A stretch of DNA of 39,683 nucleotides. It comes from Rhodospirillaceae bacterium. GTDB taxonomy: Bacteria > Pseudomonadota > Alphaproteobacteria > Rhodospirillales > Casp-alpha2. The stretch spans positions 1-39,683 of the forward strand of contig JAYNJY010000001.1 of assembly GCA_038110665.1 (NCBI GenBank). The letters are read 5' to 3'. Positions 15,677 through 23,449 of the stretch are shown here, one piece after another. Below the pieces are notes generated by a model that ran no database searches, was not told where the DNA came from, and saw only the letters and a list, made by a program, of their open reading frames with translations. A program made the position numbers and the translations under genes. Each line of letters begins with the position of its first letter. The first letter of the stretch is position 1.

Positions 15677-15989
15677 GGCGTCATCTCCGAAGCGGTTGAA
15701 CATGACGAAACCATACCTGCCCAAAAGGCATGTTGTCCACTGCCGATCATTCACGTTTTCGTGAGCGGATTTGCGGCGCAAAGCAGGCTCGAAACAGAGC
15801 CCAGAAACATGCCCGCCAGCACGCCTATATGATAGGTGTCAGAGACCACCGCGGAACCGTTCGCCATGCCGCGCCATGCACGCCCGACACAGACAACCAT
15901 AAGCACGGGCCCAACGTCGCCGCGCAACCGACAGGCGCACCCGAGACAGCCGCGAATCAGCTCAACGAAACTGCCTATAAGGCACCCGA

Positions 15990-16434
15990 CGATTCGCACC
16001 GAAACCGCTCGAAATCAATAATTCCGCATCCGTAACGAAATATTTTTTGCCATACATTTTCTAATGCGAAACCGTGACATTCTTGCAACATTGCAAAGCA
16101 TCAAAACAGCTAACACACTGAAAACAAACCGCGATTAGACCCGAGTCCGGAAGCGCCTACATGAGAAAAATGATTGCATGCATAAGCCATTGAAACCGCA
16201 CAACATTTTATTTCCGACGCGACAATCCATTGTCATCGCATAACATTCCGGTTGTATTTTCCCATTGCAACGCATATGCAACGCATTTTGGGTCAGCCCA
16301 AATCACACAACACAAACAACAACTTACAAACAGCCGATGCGTTGCAGCTTTTGTTAACCATTGCATTATTGCCTATCCCTTAGTCCCTTCGGGACGTCGG
16401 GATAGCCAATAAGGGCCTGCGGCCTGCCCGGCTA
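15990..16434. repeat. AT-rich non-coding hub with iteron-like repeats
   Basis: TGCAACGCAT occurs at 16266..16275 and 16277..16286 (11-bp phase), with an inverted copy ATGCGTTGCA at 16337..16346 and a variant ATTGCAAAGCAT at 16090..16101. CCATTG starts at 16187, 16227, 16262 and 16358. GAAACCG starts at 16001, 16068 and 16192, with CAAACCG at 16125. There is a CA-rich tract at about 16303..16332. No credible ORF. Confidence 0.6.
16373..16405 (+). other. nested stem-loop
   Basis: CTATCCC (16373..16379) pairs with GGGATAG (16399..16405). Inner pair GTCCC-ttc-GGGAC (16383..16395). No U-tract follows. Confidence 0.4.
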
Positions 16435-16464
16435 TTGACAGTCCTTGGCCATCGGCTGTATGGA
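16435..16464 (+). promoter_or_regulatory. candidate promoter of the rightward TerS/late arm
   Basis: TTGACA at 16435..16440, an 18-nt spacer, then TATGGA at 16459..16464. The -10 is weak. Confidence 0.35.
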
Positions 16465-16471
16465 TCAATTC

Positions 16472-17185
16472 ATGCCTCGCCCAGTCATGCCAAAGCGCCA
16501 GAGGCGGAGCACCAAATCCCCTCATCCGACGATGCAGCGCACGCCCGCCCTGGAAGGGCTAAGCGGGCGCAGCATCATCCGCACCTATCGGCACATAACC
16601 CAAGAGCATCGCCTGCCCAAACTGTCAGGCGCTCAATACACGTTCGTGGTCTGCCTGACCCGCGGCATGGGACCGCTCAAATCCTTTCAGACAGCCTATC
16701 CGAAACAGGCCACGTCCCGACCGTTGAGCGCACAAGCTCATGCCGCTTCAATTCTGTGCCAGTCGGACGCCATCCTGGCCTGGGTCGACCACATGGCCAG
16801 AAACGAGGTAACAGCCGCTGTCAGGACCCAAGCGGAGCACATTGCCCAACTGGAATTGGTCAAGGCAGCAGCGCTGGATCTGGATGAGGTAGAGACAGCA
16901 CGGAAGGCTGAGGTGGATATTGGGAAGGTGTCCGGATTGTACATAGACCGCTCCGTGCAGGAGACACACGTCACCATCAGCCCGCATTCGCTCGAACATG
17001 CCTTGGTCGCACGCGATCCAGACCTGGCGCAACGGCTCACTCGCTTGCGTGCTGCTCTGGCGGACGGTGGCGCGAGTGATCCGAAGCTGATCGAAGGCAT
17101 TGCCCGCGACGTGATGGTGACTGAGAAGCCACAAGATGTGGTGCCAGAGGGGCATAAACGATCACGGAAACGTGATAATCGCTGA
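16472..17185 (+). CDS. terS: terminase small subunit-like protein (start 16472 or 16487)
   Basis: LSGAQYTFVVCLTRGMGPLKSFQTAYPKQATSRPLSAQAHAASILCQSDAILAWV matches the HTH-type N-terminal pattern of P27/Terminase_2-like small subunits, as recalled from memory. Helical middle and basic C-terminus. Confidence 0.55.
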   Translation: MPRPVMPKRQRRSTKSPHPTMQRTPALEGLSGRSIIRTYRHITQEHRLPKLSGAQYTFVVCLTRGMGPLKSFQTAYPKQATSRPLSAQAHAASILCQSDAILAWVDHMARNEVTAAVRTQAEHIAQLELVKAAALDLDEVETARKAEVDIGKVSGLYIDRSVQETHVTISPHSLEHALVARDPDLAQRLTRLRAALADGGASDPKLIEGIARDVMVTEKPQDVVPEGHKRSRKRDNR

Positions 17186-17188
17186 GAA

Positions 17189-17216
17189 ATGGCGGAATTC
17201 CGCCATTCTCTGTTTT
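17189..17216 (+). terminator. perfect 18-bp palindrome plus T-rich tail (terminator-like)
   Basis: ATGGCGGAATTCCGCCAT (17189..17206) followed by TCTCTGTTTT, starting 4 nt after the TerS-like stop. Confidence 0.45.
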
Positions 17217-17284
17217 ACGGAATAAACCTTACCGCCTCAGTTAGGCAATATGCACAATGGCCCGCTCCGTGCTATGCTTTCGGC

Positions 17285-17740
17285 ATGGCACAAACAATTC
17301 CACTATCGACTCGGTTCTGGCGCTTTGTAACGCCCAGTGACGGCTGTTGGATGTGGCGTGGGCAGCGCAATCAAGCGGGATACGGCCAGCTAACGAGCAT
17401 GACCGATGGCGTGAGGGTAGCACACTCGGCTCACAGGCTATCGTGGGAACTGCATCGCGGCCCTATACCTGCAGGCCTATGGGTGCTGCACCATTGCGAC
17501 AACCCATCTTGCGTGAACCCCGCCCATCTATTCGTCGGAACCGCAGCCGACAACACGGCTGACATGATTGCCAAGGGTCGCGGCAATAAGACTGGGCGGC
17601 GGCGCAAACTGGCAGATGACCAAGTTCGCGCCATCCGTGCCGACGACCGCGCGGCGCATTATGTGGCGCATCAATACGGCGTGTCAGAATCCACGATTTA
17701 CAACATCAGGGCAGGCCGCCAGAAACAGGCGGTTATCTAA
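17285..17740 (+). CDS. HNH endonuclease (HNH_3 type, 151 aa; alternative start 17189)
   Basis: DGCWMWRGQRNQAGYGQL...AHRLSWELHRGPIPAGLWVLHHCDNPSCVNPAHLFVGTAADN, with a C-terminal HTH-like YGVSESTIYNIRAGR. Confidence 0.8.
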   Translation: MAQTIPLSTRFWRFVTPSDGCWMWRGQRNQAGYGQLTSMTDGVRVAHSAHRLSWELHRGPIPAGLWVLHHCDNPSCVNPAHLFVGTAADNTADMIAKGRGNKTGRRRKLADDQVRAIRADDRAAHYVAHQYGVSESTIYNIRAGRQKQAVI

Positions 17741-17761
17741 CTCACGATTTCGTGATTGGAC
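17741..17761. promoter_or_regulatory. conserved 21-bp motif with 6-2-6 palindrome (copy 1)
   Basis: CTCACGATTTCGTGATTGGAC begins directly after the HNH stop codon. TCACGA (17742..17747) pairs with TCGTGA (17750..17755). Confidence 0.4.
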
Positions 17762-17942
17762 CGCTCGACCTGGCCGTGGTTTCGTGTCGCCGGCTGGATG
17801 GCAAGCGTTCTCGACCGCTTTTCGGCCGGGAGAGGGGCCGGCCCCACCCCTTCGGGGTCGTCGGTTTCGCGTTCTAGACCGGGTCTATGGCTCCGCTCCC
17901 CCTATGGCCCGATAATCACTCGCAACTTGATTTCTGGAGGTC

Positions 17943-18161
17943 ATGATGGAGTTCACCGAGGAACAGCAGGCGGCCCTGCATAAGCGGATGAGGAAGGCGG
18001 CTGGCGCCATTTTGGGTGCGGCGCCGGCGGTTGATCTTGTGAACATGGACACGACGACGTCGAAGGTCGCTGTCGTTCTGGCGACGGTTGAGTATTTGAT
18101 GAGGGTTGGCATTTTGGAGCCGGGCCCGGAATCTCGGCGTGTGATGGGGCTTGTCAACTAG
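17943..18161 (+). CDS. hypothetical protein (72 aa)
   Basis: SD TGGAGGT, complete ORF. Confidence 0.55.
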   Translation: MMEFTEEQQAALHKRMRKAAGAILGAAPAVDLVNMDTTTSKVAVVLATVEYLMRVGILEPGPESRRVMGLVN

Positions 18162-18221
18162 CCGCATCCGTAGCTCCCCGCCCTCTACGGCCCTAATAAC
18201 CGTTCTCAACTGGAGGTTCTG

Positions 18222-18416
18222 ATGGTCCTGACCTTCAAGATTGGCTTCACGTTGGTTGTCGTGGGGTTGGTTTCCTCTCTGTTTTGGCTGTCGGTTTCGG
18301 CGGTTTCGTGGACGCTGTCGGCGATTTTCGGTTTGATGGCGGTTGGCGGGGGTCTTTTGGCGGGCTGTATGCTGCACGCGATCTGGTTTCCCGAGGAGAT
18401 GGAGAAGAAGCGGTGA
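18222..18416 (+). CDS. two-TM membrane protein (64 aa)
   Basis: SD TGGAGGT. Hydrophobic segments FTLVVVGLVSSLFWLSV and IFGLMAVGGGLLAGCML. Confidence 0.55.
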   Translation: MVLTFKIGFTLVVVGLVSSLFWLSVSAVSWTLSAIFGLMAVGGGLLAGCMLHAIWFPEEMEKKR

Positions 18417-18829
18417 GCTCCGACGTCGAGATGGCGAAATTGCGTTTGGAGTGCCTGAAGCTGGCTGGCGGCGACCGTGTGAAGGCCGCCGGGCATGTGA
18501 GGTTCGTGCTGCACGGGGTTTCGGAGCGCGATTCGGCGCCCGAGATCGACCTGACGGGGCTTCTGGGGGGCGGCGGGGCCTATGAAACGCTCCGCGCCAA
18601 AGAACCGCGCCAGCCGGCGGCTTCGGCTCAGTGGATGCCCAGCGACGATCTTCATCGTCTGGCCGAAGGATCCACCGCCCCGACCGTCGCCATCCCCATC
18701 GAGCCGTCCGACGATGACATTGAGGCGATGAGGGCCGCTATTCGACGCATGGCGGTAGACAACGGCGGTCTCGATTGGGACCTTGTTGCCCGCGCCGCCT
18801 ACCGCGCCCTCGTCGACCGCCACCGCTGA
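18413..18829 (+). CDS. hypothetical protein (138 aa; alternative start ATG 18431)
   Basis: GTGA overlap with the previous stop. The upstream part of the 181-aa track ORF overlaps the previous gene. Confidence 0.55.
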   Translation: MSSDVEMAKLRLECLKLAGGDRVKAAGHVRFVLHGVSERDSAPEIDLTGLLGGGGAYETLRAKEPRQPAASAQWMPSDDLHRLAEGSTAPTVAIPIEPSDDDIEAMRAAIRRMAVDNGGLDWDLVARAAYRALVDRHR

Positions 18830-18830
18830 C

Positions 18831-18851
18831 CTCACGACTTCGTGATTTGAC
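18831..18851. promoter_or_regulatory. conserved 21-bp motif with 6-2-6 palindrome (copy 2)
   Basis: CTCACGACTTCGTGATTTGAC begins 1 nt after the stop at 18829 and is 19/21 identical to copy 1. Confidence 0.4.
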
Positions 18852-18900
18852 GCCCGGCGGGCCGTTGGGCAGGGTTTCGGGGGAAACAGGGGAGATTCCG

Positions 18901-19113
18901 ATGGCAGACGAGACCAAATGGCGATGCCCGCGCTGCACGATGACGTTCTATCGTTCGCGGCCGGCTGGCGCGCACGGACTGGAGATCACGACCTGCGCCG
19001 AGCGGGGTTGTTCGGTGCGGTTCGGGCATGGCATCCGGGAGAAGGGCCGGGTAGGGGGAGGCACGAAGCCTGTCCGCGTCTGGCTGGAACCGCACGTTGG
19101 CCCGGAAGCCTGA
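18901..19113 (+). CDS. zinc-ribbon-like protein (70 aa)
   Basis: ATG preceded by GGGGAG. CPRC ... C..RGC cysteines. Confidence 0.5.
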   Translation: MADETKWRCPRCTMTFYRSRPAGAHGLEITTCAERGCSVRFGHGIREKGRVGGGTKPVRVWLEPHVGPEA

Positions 19114-19279
19114 GACCTTGGCCGAGTTCCTGGAGCGCCGGATGGGCGGCGAGGTCGATTGGAGCCGGGCTGTGGCGCTGGCCGACGAGTTCGCGGCGAT
19201 GCGTCGGCTTGGGGTTTTGGTTGACCGCCGGGTGCGCGATGGCGAGCCACGGAACAGGAAGGCAGGGAACCAGCCATGA
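19097..19279 (+). CDS. hypothetical protein (60 aa, TTG start)
   Basis: High GC3. ATGA coupling to the next gene. The start is uncertain. Confidence 0.4.
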   Translation: MARKPETLAEFLERRMGGEVDWSRAVALADEFAAMRRLGVLVDRRVRDGEPRNRKAGNQP

Positions 19280-19785
19280 CCGAACCGTTGACGGCGGAGC
19301 AGGTTGCCGAGTTTCGAGAGATGGTAGCCGACGGAAGAATGGGCTTCGTTGACGAGCGCGCCCGCCTTCTCGCCACCATCGACGCCCTGACGGCGGAACG
19401 TGACGAGGCGCGGGCCGATGCCGGCATGTGGGAACTGCACGACACGCAGCAGAGGGCTCGTTGCGTCGAACATTTGAAGGAACTGAAATCTTCGCGGGAT
19501 CGCATCGCCTCCCTTGAGCGGGTGGTGGAGGCGGCGCGGGAGTTCCGCGACAACGGCACCGTCCTGACTGTGTGCGGGGGCGGTCCATGCCAGCGGGTCA
19601 TCGAATACAGCGACAACAGCGACCCGCAAGCCAAGTTGTTCGCTGCCCTGAAAGCGCATGACGCAGTTGGGGCCCCGACAGCCGACCGCGAAGGCACGGG
19701 TAGCGGCGGCATCAATTCTCAGATCGACGGCGTCGAGGATAGGGCGGAAGCCCCAGACGAGCCGGAGGGCTTCGGGAATGGGTGA
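19276..19785 (+). CDS. hypothetical protein (169 aa)
   Basis: Complete ORF with a coiled-coil-like N-terminal half and an acidic C-terminus. Confidence 0.6.
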   Translation: MTEPLTAEQVAEFREMVADGRMGFVDERARLLATIDALTAERDEARADAGMWELHDTQQRARCVEHLKELKSSRDRIASLERVVEAAREFRDNGTVLTVCGGGPCQRVIEYSDNSDPQAKLFAALKAHDAVGAPTADREGTGSGGINSQIDGVEDRAEAPDEPEGFGNG

Positions 19786-19942
19786 GCCGTGGAATATCTG
19801 CCCGCACTGCGGCACGTCGATGTGGCTGGACACCGGAGGGGGGCACTGCCCGAAGCAAGGTGACGGCTATCACCCGGTAGTCGTTACCTACACGACGGAC
19901 AACACCCTCCCTCCCCGCAACATCGACAAGGAGGCGGAGTAG
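19778..19942 (+). CDS. zinc-ribbon-like protein (54 aa)
   Basis: ATGGGTGA overlap. CPHC ... HC. Confidence 0.5.
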   Translation: MGEPWNICPHCGTSMWLDTGGGHCPKQGDGYHPVVVTYTTDNTLPPRNIDKEAE

Positions 19943-20260
19943 ATGGAAATCGTCGGATGGCTGGTCGTCGCCGCTAACCGGGCTCGCTACAATCGCTTGG
20001 AGGGCCGTATCACCCGCGTCCTCACCAAGAAACCCGACACCGCCTCCAATGAGGTGGCGATCCGCATTGCGCTTGACTTGCCCGATACCCTGTTCGAGCG
20101 CCCGCAACTCGAAGCCAGAATTTCGGTGCCGGGCGACTCGCTGGGGGCGCCGCTGATCGCTGCCGACGTTCAAGAAAACATCGCGGCAATTCTGACTGAA
20201 CAATTGGGAATGCGGGTGCGCCTGTCGGCCGGCCAGCCCGAGGAGGCGGACGATGCCTGA
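19943..20260 (+). CDS. hypothetical protein (105 aa)
   Basis: ATG directly after the previous TAG. Complete ORF. Confidence 0.6.
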   Translation: MEIVGWLVVAANRARYNRLEGRITRVLTKKPDTASNEVAIRIALDLPDTLFERPQLEARISVPGDSLGAPLIAADVQENIAAILTEQLGMRVRLSAGQPEEADDA

Positions 20261-20318
20261 CACCCCCAAGCCGTGCGGGAAGTTTGCCTCCATATCGGCC
20301 TGGAACAGGAGATCATAG

Positions 20319-20534
20319 GTGCGGTACGCGCAAGAGAAGTCCGGGCAAAAATTGCATCTGGTTGCGGAGCCTGGCGAGGAAGCCCATGGGAACATAATCC
20401 GTGCCGGCCAGTTGTCGCAGCCGCTTTGCGGACGGCGCGTCGGCGGTTATCGAATGACCGCCAACTTTTCGCTGGCTCACGCCTGCAAGAACTATTGCCG
20501 CGTATGGGCGGCGCGGAACAGGGGACAGGCGTGA
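20319..20534 (+). CDS. hypothetical protein (71 aa, GTG start)
   Basis: GC3 about 72 percent. TGATG coupling to the next small ORF. An antisense ORF of similar quality exists, so the call is weak. Confidence 0.3.
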   Translation: MRYAQEKSGQKLHLVAEPGEEAHGNIIRAGQLSQPLCGRRVGGYRMTANFSLAHACKNYCRVWAARNRGQA

Positions 20535-20629
20535 TGCACCGTGACCACCTGATCGACGCCCTGATCGTGGCCGCCGCCGTCTTTCTCGCGCTGGCGATCT
20601 ATTGGGTCGACGGAGGGGTGCCGTGGTAG
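20534..20629 (+). CDS. 31-aa single-pass membrane peptide
   Basis: Reads MHRDHLIDALIVAAAVFLALAIYWVDGGVPW*. Coupled on both sides. Confidence 0.35.
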   Translation: MHRDHLIDALIVAAAVFLALAIYWVDGGVPW

Positions 20630-20790
20630 ACGACGAAATTACCGCCGAAGACCTCGCGCGTGACAGCCACGAAGGCTGGCGCGTCGCCATCCAGGCCATC
20701 CGGTATCGCAAGATCAGGTCTGGCGAGGTCGCGCCGCTGGATTCCGAGGAACTGCGCCAGGCGTGGCTCGATTGGGCGAGGTACTGCTGA
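20623..20790 (+). CDS. hypothetical protein (55 aa, GTG start)
   Basis: GGAGGGG lies 5 nt upstream. GTGGTAG overlap with the previous stop. Confidence 0.5.
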   Translation: MVDDEITAEDLARDSHEGWRVAIQAIRYRKIRSGEVAPLDSEELRQAWLDWARYC

Positions 20791-20791
20791 C

Positions 20792-20977
20792 ATGGCCAAC
20801 GTCGAGATCACCCGCGTCCGCGTCGACCTCGACGACGACACCGTGGCCCATCTCCAGGACGCCGGCCTGCTGTCGCTCGACGAGGCGTTCGACGCCAAGG
20901 CCATCGCGTCGGCGCTGCGCTGCGCCGCGGCGGTGTGCGGGCGGATGGGTCGGCGGACGATGGGCGCAGGACATTGA
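20792..20977 (+). CDS. hypothetical protein (61 aa)
   Basis: ATG 2 nt after the previous stop. MANVEITRVRVDLDDDTVAHL... Confidence 0.5.
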   Translation: MANVEITRVRVDLDDDTVAHLQDAGLLSLDEAFDAKAIASALRCAAAVCGRMGRRTMGAGH

Positions 20978-21130
20978 GTTAACAGGGGAGGGTATAGGCG
21001 GCGAACGGCGGCGTCACCGGCTGACTCCGAAGGCCCTTTCAGCAAGAAAGGCTCGATCCGGCTCCCCTGGCGGCTGATGCCGTTACATACTGGAAATCGA
21101 GCCAACCGCCGTATTTTCGAGGAGGAGAAG

Positions 21131-21277
21131 ATGGAACTGCTGTATCTGATTTCTCAGCTTCTGGTATTCGCGTCCGGGCTTGGCCAGGAGCGCACCGAGC
21201 CACGCGAGCCGCCACGACAAGAGCGCACCGTTGACGCCGGCAGCCAATCGGCGCCATCTTTGTCGCCGCGAGATTGA
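21131..21277 (+). CDS. possible 48-aa protein
   Basis: Very strong SD GAGGAGGAG before the ATG, but the codon usage is mediocre. Confidence 0.3.
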   Translation: MELLYLISQLLVFASGLGQERTEPREPPRQERTVDAGSQSAPSLSPRD

Positions 21278-21289
21278 CCCGAGGGCGAT

Positions 21290-22324
21290 ATGGCCGAAGC
21301 GCAGGTTGACGAGCGGGAATTTCAGCGGTGGGTCGTGACATCGCCATGGTTCAACGACCTCGCCTCGACGATGGGCCTGACCAGCGACCAGATGAAGGCG
21401 ATGCTGGCCCGGCAGATTTTCAACGACACCGAATACGACTGGCGCACCATGTATAGCGCGAACCTGTCGCCGACCGTCGGCGCGGGGAAACTGTCGCTGC
21501 CCAAGGCGACGTCCATTGGCACGTCCCTGCTGTCGGCCAGCCAGCAGATTGAGAATTTCTTCACCGACAGGTTCGGCGTCGCGTCGAAGTTCTTCGGCGA
21601 CACGGCTGACGCGGCGCTGCGGGCGGCATCGTCGCTGGGTTTCCTGCCTGGGTACACCACGCCCGGAGACGTTTCGGACACATCGGCGCTGGCAAAGTCG
21701 CTGAACGATTACGCGGCGTCGGGTGTTTCCTTCGCCGCCGACACGGCCGCGCCGTCGCCGGGGCTGTCCTTCGCTTCCGACACCGCGCCTCCCGACAATA
21801 GCCTCATGAACTTCGACCTCAGCACGCTGGGCAGCGACATCATGGAGCGCGTGAGCGGCATAGCGGGGGATGTCCGGACGCTTGCAGCCCCGCTGACAGG
21901 GCCGAACCAGCCGCCGCGCGCCGCCAACCCGCAGGAGCTTGGCATTCTCAGTGGTCTTATCGAAACCTACCTGACATCGCCGACGAGCATCCCAGGGTTG
22001 GCGTACAACGCGACGAATCTCCTCGCCAACACCGTCGGCAGGGGCTTGAGCGCGCTGGGCTTCGAGGGCGTCAACGGCCCCGCCGTGCCCTTCAGCGAGC
22101 GTGGCGTTTCGATGTTCAACGAGCCGCAGCGGTTCTCTGACGCCTACTACGAGCGCACGGGCATCGCGCCGCCGGGCGGTGGGTATGGCGTCGGCGAGGA
22201 CCGGCTGGCCGCCCTGAGCCGCGCCGCCGAGGATCGCGACAGCAATTTTGGCCGCAGCGGCACGGTCAGTCGCGAGGACAGCCTCCGCGGACTGTCCGAG
22301 CCGGGCACCGGCGGGCTCTACTGA
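21290..22324 (+). CDS. hypothetical protein (344 aa), S/A/G/P-rich
   Basis: Complete high-GC3 ORF. No recognisable motif. Confidence 0.65.
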   Translation: MAEAQVDEREFQRWVVTSPWFNDLASTMGLTSDQMKAMLARQIFNDTEYDWRTMYSANLSPTVGAGKLSLPKATSIGTSLLSASQQIENFFTDRFGVASKFFGDTADAALRAASSLGFLPGYTTPGDVSDTSALAKSLNDYAASGVSFAADTAAPSPGLSFASDTAPPDNSLMNFDLSTLGSDIMERVSGIAGDVRTLAAPLTGPNQPPRAANPQELGILSGLIETYLTSPTSIPGLAYNATNLLANTVGRGLSALGFEGVNGPAVPFSERGVSMFNEPQRFSDAYYERTGIAPPGGGYGVGEDRLAALSRAAEDRDSNFGRSGTVSREDSLRGLSEPGTGGLY

Positions 22325-22331
22325 CGCCTGA

Positions 22332-22361
22332 TTGACGCCGCCGCCCGATTGCGGTTATCGT
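22332..22361 (+). promoter_or_regulatory. candidate moron promoter
   Basis: TTGACG at 22332..22337, an 18-nt spacer, then TATCGT at 22356..22361. Lies ~40 nt before the AGGAGG-ATG at 22404. Confidence 0.45.
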
Positions 22362-22403
22362 CGGCCTGACGCTGACTCCCTGTCGCCGTCCCCAGGAGGG
22401 CCG

Positions 22404-22790
22404 ATGCCCGGAACACGTAGGACCGTTTTCCCATCCAGGACCGCACGGGCTTTCGTGTTGTCGGCCCTCCTGCCGCTTGCCATGTGCGACACCCCGGCGC
22501 TGGCGCAAAACGCCGTCTCGCCGTTGAACGTCGCCCGCACCACCCCTGACCTCGCCGTCACGGCGTCCGCGAGCGCGGCCTACGCCATTCCCGGCGGCAC
22601 CGTGCGGTGGATTTACCTCAAGAACGACTGCGCCAAGCCGCTTTGGTTCGACCTGGAGGGGCGCGACCTCTATCCGCTGAAACTCTTGCAGAACCAGGCG
22701 TTCGAGGGGTATTTCAGGGTGAACTCGATCAAGGTGAGCCCCGACAACACCGGGACAGCCTGCACTTTCACGGCCGTCGGCGGCCGGTAA
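22404..22790 (+). CDS. secreted protein (128 aa)
   Basis: AGGAGG SD. Signal peptide MPGTRRTVFPSRTARAFVLSALLPLAMCDTPALA-QN. Beta-rich mature part. Confidence 0.6.
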   Translation: MPGTRRTVFPSRTARAFVLSALLPLAMCDTPALAQNAVSPLNVARTTPDLAVTASASAAYAIPGGTVRWIYLKNDCAKPLWFDLEGRDLYPLKLLQNQAFEGYFRVNSIKVSPDNTGTACTFTAVGGR

Positions 22791-22803
22791 CACGGAGGAA
22801 GAC

Positions 22804-23370
22804 ATGCGACTCTTCAAGAACAGCTTGGCGGCCGTTGCGGTCGCCGCGGCGCTGATCGTGGGGCTCGCGTCCGCCCCCGTGCTGGCGCAGACCGTCACCG
22901 AACTACCCGGCCCGGAGCCGTCGGCGAAGATTCAGCGCGCCACCGGCAAGACCATCGACTTCTCGGGCGGCAACTCGACCACCACCAGCTACGACGTGTT
23001 CGACTTCGGCTTCACGTCCGATCTGGTCAAACTCTGCATTCTTCCCGGCAGCGCGACGGTGCATTTCCGTCTCGCCAACGCGGTGACGAACTCGCCGACG
23101 GCGATGGCCACCGCTCTCGCCGCGCAGCGTGCCACGGCGCCGATTTCAACCTCGGCAGCCTTCATTACCGGGGCCAACGTCTACGGCAGCGGCACCTTGG
23201 AGCGATCCTTGCCGCTGGCCACAGGCGTCATTTCCCCGGCTTCGGCGTGGACGCAGAACTCCGGCGGCTTCGGCAAGGAATGTACGGTGTTCCCCTTCCG
23301 CACGCCGGGCCTCGTGGCGCACGTCGTTTCTGGCATCGCGACGGTTGAAGCCTGGGCGGTTTCGCGCTAG
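22804..23370 (+). CDS. secreted protein (188 aa)
   Basis: GGAGGAAG SD. Signal peptide MRLFKNSLAAVAVAAALIVGLASAPVLA-QT. Confidence 0.65.
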   Translation: MRLFKNSLAAVAVAAALIVGLASAPVLAQTVTELPGPEPSAKIQRATGKTIDFSGGNSTTTSYDVFDFGFTSDLVKLCILPGSATVHFRLANAVTNSPTAMATALAAQRATAPISTSAAFITGANVYGSGTLERSLPLATGVISPASAWTQNSGGFGKECTVFPFRTPGLVAHVVSGIATVEAWAVSR

Positions 23371-23416
23371 GCTTCGTCCGTCCAGACGTTTTGCCTCCCT
23401 GAACGACCCCCAAACT

Positions 23417-23449
23417 GGCCCGGCGCTCCAACCGCCGGGCCTTTTTCTT
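23417..23449 (+). terminator. rho-independent terminator
   Basis: GGCCCGGCG (23417..23425), a 7-nt loop, CGCCGGGCC (23433..23441), then TTTTTCTT. It ends 8 nt before the TerL ATG. Confidence 0.7.

Noticed and set aside
15751-15867. 38-aa minus-strand ORF (MANGSAVVSDTYHIGVLAGMFLGSVSSLLCAANPLTKT) upstream of the small-gene operon
   Set aside because: It has no SD and contains the CCTAT-N3-ATAGG palindrome, which fits an operator better. I kept it out of the feature list, although it could be an eighth micro-protein.
16373-16405. Stem-loop considered as a tRNA fragment, attP core or terminator
   Set aside because: There is no cloverleaf, no 7-nt T-loop and no acceptor stem. There is no U-tract for a terminator. 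No integrase is present to use an attP.
16230-16412. 60-aa + strand ORF inside the AT-rich hub
   Set aside because: It has no SD and atypical, low-GC3 codon usage for this genome, and it is riddled with the repeat motifs. It is better explained as non-coding regulatory or origin DNA.
17756-17983. 75-aa + ORF in the 200-nt gap after the HNH gene, and a possible tRNA or sRNA there
   Set aside because: The ORF is R/S/G-rich and overlaps the SD and start of the 17943 gene. I could not fold a tRNA cloverleaf. The small hairpins (GGCCGG..CCGGCC, CCCC-ttc-GGGG) are noted but not enough to call an RNA gene.
20313-20711. Minus-strand ORF whose C-terminal part (…SQRKVGGHSITADAPSAKRLRQLAGTDYVPMGFLARLRNQ…) looks protein-like
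   Set aside because: Its N-terminal two-thirds are antisense garbage over well-supported + strand genes. A lone minus gene inside a tightly coupled + operon is unlikely. GC3 is similar for both strands, so the + strand call at 20319..20534 is itself low confidence.
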